A stretch of 64,000 nt of DNA from Felis catus (Eukaryota), in the NCBI RefSeq assembly GCF_018350175.1, contig NC_058368.1, forward strand, positions 168,642,001-168,706,000, in the 5' to 3' direction. The notes beneath the pieces were generated by a model. That model did not search any database. It was not told the DNA's origin and saw only the letters and a program-made list of their open reading frames with translations. This document shows positions 1-11,100 of this stretch, piece after piece; within the stretch, counting starts at the first letter, position 1, and every line of letters begins with the position of its first letter. The position numbers and the translations under genes are program-made.

Positions 1-29
1 AGTCTGTGACCAGTATTTTTTTTTTAAAT

Positions 30-125
30 CTATGTGTACCCAGGACTTTACTCAGTACCTGGCATATTGTAGACATTGAATAAATACTTACTGGATGGAT
101 GGGTGGATGGATGGATGGATGAAAG
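30..125 (+). mobile_element. L2 LINE 3' end with (GGAT)n tail
   Basis: cagtacctggcatattgtagacattgaataaatactt resembles the L2 3' terminus and is followed by a short tandem tail. Confidence 0.6.
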
Positions 126-986
126 AAAGAAAGACTTTTACTAAGACCTAGTGCAAAAAGACAGATTCCTGTGCTGGGAAACCACAGTAATGGTGGGATC
201 TGGTTTGATCGATTCATTGTTGAGGTGCTCAGAGCAGGAATTGGTTCAGGAGTCTGGGAGAAGGACCAGAGATGAAACCAGAGCATTCCATGAGTGGGAA
301 TACAATTGGGTTCTTTTTCAGAGAAGTAGCTAGCATGATGTAAGCACCTTTGTCATTTTCTAAATAAAATAAGTATATTTAAAAGAGAAATGTTTTCTAA
401 TATTAAGCATTCCATCTGTGAATTTGATTTTTACATTCTTAATATTCAGTCTTAAAAAGTTTGTTGGGAAATCTTTCCTTTTCCTTATATGTGTTTATAT
501 TATAAAATGAATACATGCTTATGATAAAAATACAAACTAGAAATACATAAAATACAAAGTGACATTCATCTTACTATTCCAGGTCTCACTCTTCACAAGT
601 AGCTAATGTTAACAGTTTGATGTACATCAAGTTGGACTTTCAAAAAAATATATATATTTTAAAACACACATATTTATGTTTGTATAGTTTTACAAATAAA
701 ATCATTGATGCCCATGTTCTGATATTTGCTTTTTCTCCTTATCTATTTTACCTATGCTCCATATAATTCCAAAAGTTATTGGATATTTAGGAGGATGGAA
801 ACACTAGCAGAGGATAGTAGCCTAAAATCAGAGTAATTGAATGTTAACATTTAGGGAACTTAGAATAAGAAAAATGCCTGCTAAAAGTTTTATTAGTTTA
901 ACTGCTGTTAATTTAGAAGTAGTTTTTGACTTATTTAACCTATATTAAATTATAAAAGTAATAATTTTTCATCTTATGCATTATAG

Positions 987-1143
987 AATTAACACATAAG
1001 AAAGTAAAACTTTAAGATTTATTGAGTACACGAACATGTAACCATGAATAGGACACACTGTCATTACTGCTCTTTGATAACAAAGAGCAGAGGCCAAGAA
1101 ACCTGCCTGGAGGTGGCGATATGAACATACTTCTGAAGTACTG
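987..1143 (+). other. Candidate non-coding 5'UTR exon of FER
   Basis: Non-repetitive ~150 nt segment ending in a consensus donor CTG|GTAAGA (1143/1144), preceded by tttttcatcttatgcattatAG (986). FER has upstream non-coding exons, but this assignment is inference only. Confidence 0.3.
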
Positions 1144-1184
1144 GTAAGAGTTAGCTAAGCTTTTTAAAGAAATGGCTAAGGGAT

Positions 1185-1397
1185 GGGGCGCCTGGGTGGC
1201 TCAGTAGGTTGAGCGTCCGACTTCGGCCCAGGTCATGATCTCACAGCTTGTGGGTTCGAGCCCCGCTTCGGGCTCTGTGCTGATGGCTCGGAGCCTGGAG
1301 CCTGCTTCGGATTCTGTGTCTCCCTCTGTCTCTGCCCCTAACCCACTCGCATTTTGTCTCTGTCTCTCTCAAAAAAAAATAAATAAACATTGAAAAA
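1185..1397 (+). mobile_element. CAN-SINE (SINEC_Fc-like, tRNA-derived)
   Basis: ggggcgcctgggtggctcag head, B-box-like ggttcgagccc, (CT)n linker and A-tail. TSD AAATGGCTA(A/G)GGGA at ~1170-1183 and ~1398-1411. Confidence 0.95.
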
Positions 1398-1513
1398 AAA
1401 TGGCTAGGGGAAATGAAGGAGAATTGAATCTGAGCTGGAGGTTGTTAGGACAAATGCAGTAGTAAGAAAATCAGGGGAAGTCATTTGATTTAATATGTGT
1501 AGGGAAAGAAGTT

Positions 1514-1639
1514 AGGGTGTTTCATGCCCTGGTGTTGGGACAGTCCAGGTTTATATCCGTTGTCACAGAATAATAAAGAGTAGTATGCCATTGTACTCTT
1601 AAAAATACCCTAGTTCTGGGTAATAAGTGGCATCACCCT
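1514..1639 (-). mobile_element. MER94-like hAT-Blackjack MITE relic
   Basis: Terminal inverted AGGGTG...CACCCT, ~126 bp, internal gggacagtccaggttta. Family recalled from memory. Confidence 0.6.
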
Positions 1640-2979
1640 TAAAGAGAGAATATAGGGTGTCCTGATCAATATTAGGGAATTCAGCTGGAGATCTCTCTGA
1701 GATTGAAGAATAGGTATAGTAAGAGTTAATAGTACCAAAAAAATGGTAAATAGTAGCTTATGGCCTAGAACTAGAATATTACAGTTTACCATTGCAGAGA
1801 TGAAACTGTTTTGGATTTAGGCTATGGGCAATAGCGGTGGATGGTTGGAATGAAGTTGGATTGAATGGATCTTTGGAGAAGAGAAAGACTATAGAGGTTA
1901 GAATCTCCATGGATGAAGATAAGAGTTGGGTTAGAGGATAACATTGGGGGACAAGTGGAGATTGAAAGGAAGATTTGGAGACAACAAAGCTAGATGGGGT
2001 AAAGCTGAATAAGGAGAAGAAAATTTTGAATGAGATTAGAAGAGCAATGATTTGGAAATGGCACTAAAGAATCAGGATAATGTTACCCATCCTTTCACTA
2101 TCGCCCCTCCCCCACCCAATTCCCATGGATATGGGTGGCGGAATGTAGGGAGGGAGAGGGTAGCCTCCACCTGTGAACACTGTATTTTTGGGGAGCCAGA
2201 TTTCAAATAGGGTAAACAGTTGAAGTGTACAGATTTAGGAGTTTATTTACAAACCGAATGGAATTCTAGAAAAATAATTTGGGAAGACATGACTATAGAG
2301 AAAGGATAGAGGAGGAGTGGGGATTGGGCCTTGCCTTTTGGGAAAAGATTGAATTATACAAAGAAGCCAAAAATGGAACTGATTTTCCTCCATGTTCTTT
2401 TTTTTCTTCCTTCCATGTTCTAAACAGTGGTGCAGGGTTAGCCTAATCTGGGTTCTCTGAGAGGCTGTCTGGCTTTGGCTTAGTTCATTTCAACTATAAC
2501 TGATGAAACTTTAATAGATGCCATTCTGCTATGGTATGCCTTTAATGAACCTATTTGAAAGTACACATATGGATTTTGAAATTATTTTGACTTCTCCTGT
2601 ATTGCTGCTGTCTTTGAAGAGAAAAAGATTGTTTGGCTTTAATTTGAACACTGAGCTCTTTTATAATAATTGATCACCTAGTAAGAGTTTAAAGGTTAAG
2701 AGGTATCTAGATAATGGTTACATTTCTAGAATTTAGGCCATACAAGGTAGTATGCAATGTGGCTATACTTAATTGTATTAAGTTTATGTATATACATAAA
2801 CTTTTTAACCTTTGTTCCCTCTTTTCCTTCAGATTAGCAATGTTTCATAAACATGTCCCTCATTTTCCTACCTGTCACTTTACTTATGTTTAAACTTCTT
2901 CTTGGAGAATAACTCTGCTTCATCACTTGCTCTTCATGTTCTATTTTGTGGGGGTGCTCTCCTTCTCTCTCTCATGCTT

Positions 2980-3195
2980 TATTAGTAACTGCTTTTTAAT
3001 AAGTCTCTCTGAAGCCAGGCACATTATATACTTTTTCTCATCTAAGCTTCACAACAACCCTGCAAAGTAGGTATCACTATCCCCATTTTAAAGATAAGAA
3101 AACTGAGTTTCTAGGAGATTAATTAAAATGCAGTTACACCACTATTAAATGGTACAGTTAGCATTTCCACCCAGAACTATCTGTTTTCAAAGCTG
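2980..3195 (-). mobile_element. MIR SINE
   Basis: Core motif caacaaccctgcaaagtaggtatcactatccccattttaaagataagaaaactgag. Confidence 0.8.
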
Positions 3196-3411
3196 CCTCT
3201 TGCATACATGTTTACAGATAGATACATGTATCTGTGCTCTTTTCTTAAATACCCCTCAAGGCTTGTTGGAGATATTCTTTTGTTTTTAATTAAAAATGTT
3301 TTTTACCAGCTTCCTTGAGGTATAACTGACCTATATAACATTGTCATTTAACATATAACATAGTGCATTTAAGGTACATTATATGATACATGTGTATATA
3401 TTGTGACATGT

Positions 3412-4340
3412 TCTTTTTTTTAATTCAGGAAATATTTTATTATTTTTTAAAATTTACATCCAAATTAGTTAGCATATAGTGCAACAATTATTTCAGGAGT
3501 AGATTCCTTAGTGCCCCTTACCCATTTAGCCCATCCCCCCTCCTACAATCCCTCCTGTAACCCTCAGTTTCTTCTCCATATTTGAGTCTCTTCTGTTTTG
3601 TCCCCTTCCCTGTTTTTATATTATGTTTGCTTCCCTTCCCTTATGTTCATCTGTTTTGTATCTTACAGTCCTCATATGAGTGAAGTCATATGATACTTGT
3701 CTTTCTCTGACTAATTTCACTTAGCATAATACCCACCAGTTCCATCCACATAGTTGCAAATGGCAAGATTTCATATATATATGATACATATACATATCAT
3801 ATCTTCTTTATCCATTCACCCATCAATGGGCATTTGGGCTCTTCCCTACTTTGGTTATTGTTGATAGTGCTGCTATAAACATGGGGGTGAATGTGTCCCT
3901 TCGAAACAGCACACCTGTATCCTGTGGATAAATGCCTAGTAGTGCAATTGCTGGGTCATAGAGTAGGTCTATTTTTAGTTTCTTGAAGAACCTCCATACT
4001 GTTTTCCAGAGTGGCTGTAGTAGCTTGCATTGCCACCAACAATGCAAAAGAGATCCTCTTTCTCCGCATCCTCAACAACATTTGTTGTTGGTGTAACTTC
4101 ATTGTTGGTGTATTAAGATGTAACCGATTTCTGTGCATTGATTTTATATCCTGCAACTTTGCTGAATTCATGAATCAATTCTTGCAGTTTTTTGGTGGAA
4201 TCTTTTGGGTTTTCCATATAGAGTATCATGTCATTTGCAAAGAGTGAAAGTTTGACCTCCTCCTGGCTGATTTGGATGCCTTTTATTTCTTTGTGTTATC
4301 TGATTGCAGAGGCTAAGACTTCCAATACTATGTTGAATAA
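3412..4340 (-). mobile_element. Carnivore L1 3' fragment with an internal ~1.1 kb ORF2 deletion
   Basis: 3'UTR and ORF2 C-terminus ([19 protein letters not shown], 3823-4047) joined at ~4095 to RT-region sequence that aligns by eye to 17743-17990 of the long L1. Confidence 0.9.
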
Positions 4341-5860
4341 GTCTATTTATTCTTAATACACTGTAAATTGTTTGAAGGAAGCAATCCAGAATTTATTTAT
4401 CTTTGTACCCTAAAGCTCTCTCGCCCATGTTTATTCAATAAATGGTTGTTGATTTATATTAATACTTTAAAAGAAAGAATAAAAATTCTGTTAATAATTC
4501 TGTTCTCCCCAAATAATTACTTCAAATACATTTTTAAAATTAAACAACAGTTCTTTTAAAAACATGCATATTGTTCATTTGTTTACGGACTTGTACGATG
4601 TTCTTTCTCGGTGGAATAGTATCATCCAGTAATGTTGTTCCAGGAGGCTGTCTGGACAATCCAGTGCTGTTTCTGGTGAATTAATTTTTATTTTAAATTA
4701 AGCTAAAAACAACACTTTCAAATAAAGCATAAGAGGTGTTTTAAATACTGACTCTGTAAGATGGCCAAGGTCAGCATATATTAACTGGTAATGAATAACA
4801 TTGTCTTCATAGTTACACTTTGGTGACTATTCATTCCTGACTGTTTAATGCTTATGAAAAAAACACCTCACTTTGTATTCATATGAGGTCAGTTTTTTTG
4901 CTTTTTATAATCCTGTTTCTTACTTGCAAAATTGGTGGCTTTTTGTGACTTTATTTCTGTCTTGCTGCAGACAGCTTAATATTTTGTTCAAATAGTTACT
5001 GTTTCCGACTTTTGTCAGTATTGAAGCATATGAAAGGTAAGAAATACCATTAGGTAATTATATTTGTACTTTAACTGATTAATGATTTGATAGTTTTTTA
5101 TTAATGAATAAACATATTCTGATAAAGTAATTTGAACCATATACTGATTTTGATTGGTTTTATTAGTCACGGATTATAAATGCAAACTGTTGAATTTCTT
5201 GCCTACTTGTGAAAATATCTCTTGGAGAACGAATGAAATATTTCCTATTTCTATTACACAGTTATTTACTTATTTGCAGATTTTTAAAAATTAGCATACC
5301 TTCTTGGTATATTTGAATCTCATCATCAATGTTAAAATAAAGAAAATAATTCAATAAATATTTTTGACCATAAGACATCATCTCTGTTAAAATAAGCCGC
5401 CCTTACTTGAAGGAGAATATTCAGTACAGATTAAACTTTCTGTATACTATATAAAAATCATATTTCCATCTGTATACTCGGAGAATGTAAACATTGCCAG
5501 TTGTGGATCCAAAAGTTGAAAAACAGGAGAAGTTTTAGAATAAATACTTGGATATACCCTTGTACTTACAAGAAATAACTTGGGAATTCTATTATCCTAC
5601 CAAGGTAACTAGTTATCTGTTTTATATTTTGCTATTTTGTAACTTCCATTTTTGTTTAAAAGTATGTATAGATTTCTTTACTACAACATGAATTCTAATA
5701 TTTGAAAATATAGCAATTTTTAATAGTTGTTTTAAAGTGTTTAATAACTAAGGTGAATTGAAAAGTCAACGTAACTCACTTGATTCTCAATAACAAGCTG
5801 AATAAAACAGATTTAAATAAACCTAGTCAATAGTTTATTAGTTTCATTACTCTCACTTTT

Positions 5861-5890
5861 AATTAAAAAATTTTAAAATATTCATTTATT

Positions 5891-5935
<45 letters not shown>

Positions 5936-6102
5936 ATGCATGCAAGTGGGGGAGGGGCAGAGAGAAGGAGAGAGAGGATTCGAGCAGGCTTGAGCTGTGA
6001 GCGCAGAGCCTGATGTGGGGTAAGATCCCACAAACCTTGAGATCATGACCCGAGCCAAATCAAGAGTCAGCCACTCAACCCACTGAGCCATCCAGGTGCC
6101 CC
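5861..6102 (-). mobile_element. CAN-SINE with long (GA)n linker
   Basis: Reverse-complement head ctgagccatccaggtgcccc. Degenerate TSD attact(c/t)tca(c/t)tttt at 5846 and 6104. Confidence 0.93.
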
Positions 6103-6279
6103 TATTACTTTCATTTTTTTAAAAGATGCTATTTAAAAGTAGACATCTTTGCTAATAACATGCATGTACTTTTGTATAATATTCTGTTCCTGTCTGATTT
6201 GTACTTACTATCAAAATTATAGATATTCTTATTTTAAAATTTCATTTACAAATCTAAAAAACATGTTAATTCTTATAAT

Positions 6280-6750
6280 TATTTGCAATAAATTGAATGC
6301 CTACTGTATTCTAGGTAGTAACTTAAGCCCCAATGATAAAAGGATGAAAAATATGTGATATTCTTATTTCCATGTAGCTCATAATTTAATGGGAGAAATG
6401 TATTTCAACAAATAGCTAACATATACCATGAGAAGTGTATATTCATCACAGATACATACATGAACCCTGAGATCTGAGAAAAGGAAACACTAAGTCAGCC
6501 TGGATGGTTGTGGTTGTGGGGATAGTCAGAGAAGCCTTCACAGAGAATACTACTTTAAAGTTTAGTTGTGGATAATTCTCCAGGCACATGAGGGAGGAAA
6601 AGCATTTCGACTGAAGGAACGTCTGCAAAGGCACAGAGACTTTTAAGGAATCATAGTAGTAAGAAGTTGTATCGTTGCTGAGGGTAGAAGGTTGTCTGGG
6701 GCCAGCTTTGATTACCAGGCAAAGGACTTTGAAATTGAACCTGTAGGTTA
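6280..6750 (-). mobile_element. L2 LINE fragment
   Basis: aaattgaatgcctactgtattctagg start followed by purine-rich L2-like body. Confidence 0.55.
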
Positions 6751-8058
6751 GGGTTGTAAAATTAATACCTAGTATTATTAAGTATCCTAAAGAATGAAGA
6801 CTGCAAAGTAGGGACTACTTAGTACAATGCTGTGTAGCCTCAACCACCTAATTCTTTTAAGAGATTTTTATGCAACAATATGCAAGGCACAGTTTTAAGC
6901 ACTGGAGATACAGTGGGGGAACAGAGCAGAGTACTTCCCTGACCAGTTGGAACTTACATTACAAATCAGTCTATAAAGTAACCACCCACCTGACCCCACC
7001 CTCTGTCTCTGTCTCTCTCTGTAATTTTTGGCTACAGCATAACCATAGGCTTTGCTTGAGATTTTTTTCACCTTCCTCAAGGTTAACATAGGCAGCCCTG
7101 TCTTATTCTGGAAGAATGTAGCTAAATGTGTGATGCCCTCTCCATCTTGTTCTTCCTCTGACCTATAGTTTGAGATCTGAGCATTACTTTTCTAAATATT
7201 GGAATTTCTATTGAGGTAATTGTATATTAACATGAAGTTATATGAAATAATAATCCCTTGTACATTCTGTCCAGTTTTTCCCAATGGTAGCATTTTGCAA
7301 AACTATGTATAAAATGACAACCAGAGTATTAACGTTGACACATTCCATTAATCCTATTCATAGAAATAGGATTTTTAACTGTAGTCTGTTTTGATTGTAC
7401 TCATTTGTTGTGTGTATATTAAGTTCTATAAAATTTTATTACTAGTCTAGATTCATGCATCCACTACTACCATCAAAGTACCAAACAGTTCCAACATTGA
7501 TAGAATCCCTTGTGTTCCCCTTTTATGACCACACTCATTCCCTACGCTGTTCTGCAAGCCATAAATCCAAGCAACTCCTACTCTGTACTTTTTCCAGAAT
7601 TTTTTCATTTCAAGAATGTTAGATAAATGGAACTTTTTGGGATTAGCTTTTTTCATTCAGTAGGGTTCTTGGAGATTCATCCAAGTGGTGGCCTCTGTGG
7701 ATAGTTTTTACTGTGGGTAGTATTCCATGGTATGTTTTCACTTGTTGAAGGAACTCTGGGCTGATTCCAGTTTGTGGCTATTATAAATAAATCTTCTGTG
7801 AGCATTTGTGTACAAGTTTTTGTGTGAAGATATGTATTCATTTCTTTGGCATAAATGTCCAAGTGTGCAATTGCTGGGTCATAGTATAGTTAATGTTTAG
7901 TTTTATCAGAAACTAGAGTTGGCTGTACCATTTTGTCTTCTGACCAGCAACAAATGAGTAATCCCGTTTTTTCATATCCCCACAATCATTTGGTCTTGTC
8001 ATTATATTTTATTTTAGTCGTTCTGATAAGTGTGTAGTGATATCTCATTGTAATTTTT

Positions 8059-8164
8059 TTAAAAATAATTTTATTTAATTTATTTTTTAATAGGCTCCAT
8101 GTCCAGCATGGGGCTTGAACTCATGACCCTGGGATCAAGAGTCACTGAGCCACCCAGGCACCCC
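8059..8164 (-). mobile_element. Short CAN-SINE
   Basis: ctgagccacccaggcacccc head. TSD tctcattgta(a/g)tttt at 8043 and 8165. Confidence 0.85.
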
Positions 8165-8287
8165 TCTCATTGTAGTTTTCATTGTATTTTCCTGTTGGCT
8201 AATTATGTTGAATATCTTTTCATGTGCTTATTTGCCATTTTTATGTCCTTTTCTGTGAAATGCTTGTATATGTCTTTTGTTTATTTT

Positions 8288-8497
8288 CTTTTTTTCTTTT
8301 TTTTTCTTAGTTTATTTATTTTGAGAGAGAGGCTGAGAGAGAAAGAGAGAGAGAGCGTGTGGGAGGGGCAGAGAGAGAGGGAGAGAGAATCTCAAGCAGG
8401 CTCTCTGTTGTCAGCACATGAGATCCATGAGATCATGGTTCATCCTGAGCTGAAATCAAGAGTTGGACACTTAAGCAACTGACCACCCAAGCACCCC
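8288..8497 (-). mobile_element. CAN-SINE (diverged)
   Basis: T-tail, tttatttattttgagaga, (GA)n and head aagcacccc. Confidence 0.88.
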
Positions 8498-10437
8498 TGT
8501 TCATTTCGTAGGCAGATTGTTGTTGTTAACTGTTGAATTTGAGAGAGATTTATATATTCTGGATACTAGTCTTCTGTCAGATATGTTGTTCGCAAGTATT
8601 TTCTCCCAGTCTATAGCTTGTCTTTTTACCCTTTTCACATGGGCTTTCACAAGCAAAAGTTTCTACTTTTGATGAGGCCCAATTGATTGATTTTTCTTTA
8701 TGCGTTGTGGTGTGTTTTTTTTTTTTTTGTCAAGTCTAAGAACTTTGCCTAGCTTTTAGATCATGAAGATTTCCAAAGATATCCTTCTTTTTTTTTTTTT
8801 CTTCAGTGTTGCAGTTGTTTACGTTTAAGTTCATAATCCTTTTGAGTTAATTTTTGCGTAAGGTGTTAGGTCAAGGTTTTCTCTCTGTCTCTCTCTTGCT
8901 CTCTCTCTCTCTCTCCCTCTCTCCCTTTTTTTTTTTTCTTGGCCTGTAGAGATATTCAGCTGCTCCTGTACCATTGAATTGTTTTTGGGTCTTTGTCAAG
9001 AAGCAGTTGAGCATAATTGTGTGGGTCTTTTTCTGGGTTCTCTATTCTGTTCCACTGATCTGTTGTTTATCCTCTACCAAGATCACAACTGTCTTGATTT
9101 CTGTAACTCTATATTATCTTATTCCCCAAGATGGACATATTTGTTTGAATAGTTTTTCCACCTCACTCTCTCCTCTCCTCTAGAGCTCAGATGATACAAA
9201 TGTTGGATCTTTTCTTATTGTCCCAAGGCTTTATTCTTTTTGTTCATCCATTTTCTCTGTTTTTTTTTTGGATTAGTTGAATTCTATTGCTCTGTGCTTA
9301 CATTCACTGATTGTATCCTCTGTCATCTCCACTCTTCTATTGAGCTTGCATCTAGTGAGGTTTATATTCCTGTTCTGCATTTTTAGCTCTGTAGTTGCCA
9401 TCTGGTTATTTTTATAACTTCTGTTTCTTTGCCTAGATTTTCAATTTTTTACATTTGTTTTTAGGATAATTTATAATTGATGAAGCATTTTTAAGTTGGC
9501 TGATTTAAAACCCTTTTCTCACAATTCCAACATCTAATTCATCTCGGTGTTGGCATTAGTTGATTGTCTTTTCTCATCGAAGTTATGATTTGTTTTTGGT
9601 TCTTGGTGTGAGAGGTGATTTTCAATTGAATCTTAGATATTTTATCTATTATTTTAGGAGTCTCTGGGGTCTCTTTCACTGTTTTATTTTCACAGGAAGT
9701 CCCTCTTTAGGTTTAGCATGTAGGTCTCTTCACCTCTTTTTATGGGTTGTGGTTTCAATGACAGTTAAGTTTCAGAGTCATTGTGCTGTTATTTTAGTTT
9801 GCTTTGTCTTGTATCATTAGGGCTCCCACTGGTTCCTGCTGGTGCTGCTTGACAGAGTAGAAGATGTTTTTCTTAGGCTGAACTACTAGGTATCTATTGG
9901 TAGAAAAGGGCTAAGGTAGAATTTCCTTACTGTGCCCCTTATCTGTCCTGATGTCTCTGGGCAGGGGAAGAAATTCTTGGAGAGCAGCAGCTTCAGCTTG
10001 GTTCCTTTTGTTAGTTCTGCCCTCCAGTTCTGGTGTCTCTGGGTGCGGAAGGAGACCCCCAACCCTGTGAGGACAAAGGTTTCCTGACCCGATAGCTGGG
10101 TCTCTGTTGCTGGTTCTTCTTGCCTCATTCAGTTTCTCTTGGTGTAAAAGCGGATTCTCAGGCTTAGCAGGTAAGGAGAGTGCTTGCCCTGGCTGTTTAT
10201 TTTTGGTGAAACTCATAAATGATTTCTCTTTCTGGTGGTGCCTGACTCTCTGTTTGTTGTTACAGGGACTCCTATTGGATCCTAGGGGAGTTAGCCTACA
10301 AATATGGACTGTCTTTTGTTTCTAGACTGGAGGTTGGGAAAAGTTGGGTCTGGGTGACTTCCTCTTGGGTGAGGAGAACATGAGATACTGCCTTCATGCT
10401 GTTCTTCTAGTCCTAGGACCAAAGCAGGCTGCCTCCT

Positions 10438-10517
10438 TCCCCTTCCTCTTCCTCTTCCTCTTCCTCTTCCTCTTCCTCTTCCTCTTCCTCTTCCTCTTCC
10501 TTTCCTCCCTTGCCTTT

Positions 10518-10573
<56 letters not shown>

Positions 10574-10576
10574 TCC
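10438..10576. repeat. Compound (CTCTTC)n + (TTTC)n microsatellite
   Basis: Directly visible, nearly pure pyrimidine tract at the tail of the adjacent antisense L1. Confidence 0.97.
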
Positions 10577-11100
10577 TATTATTTTTAATTTAAATCCAAG
10601 TTAGTTAACATATACTGTGATAGTGATTTCAGGAATAGAATTTGGTGATTCATCCCTTATATATAACACCCAGTGCTCATCCCAACAAGTGTCCTCCTTA
10701 ATGCTCCTTGCCCATTTAGCCCATCCCCCCACCCAGCACCCCTCCAACAACCCTCAGTTTGTTCTTTGTATTTAAGCATCTCTTATGGTTTATCTCCCTC
10801 TCTGTTTTTATTTTTGCTTCCCTTCTCTGATGTTCATCTGTTTTGTATCCTAAATTCCACATATGAGTGAAATCTTATATTTGTCTTTCTCTGACTTACT
10901 TTGTTTAGCATAATATACTCTCGTTCCATCCATGTTGTTGCAAATGGCGAGATTTCATTCTTTTTCACCTCCAAGTGATATTCCATTATATATCTATACC
11001 ACATCTTCTTTATCCATTCATCAGTTGATGGACATTTGGGCTCTTTCCATACTTTGGCTGTTGTTGAAAACGCCTCCATAAACATTGGGGTGCATGTGTA
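10577..11100 (-). mobile_element. Carnivore L1 3' end, 5'-truncated
   Basis: ORF2 C-terminus translation ([20 protein letters not shown]). TSD aggctgcct(c/a)ct at 10426-10437 and 11103-11114. Confidence 0.92.

Noticed and set aside
1185..1270. tRNA-like A/B boxes as tRNA genes
   Set aside because: They are the tRNA-derived heads of CAN-SINEs, with CT linker, A-tail and TSD.
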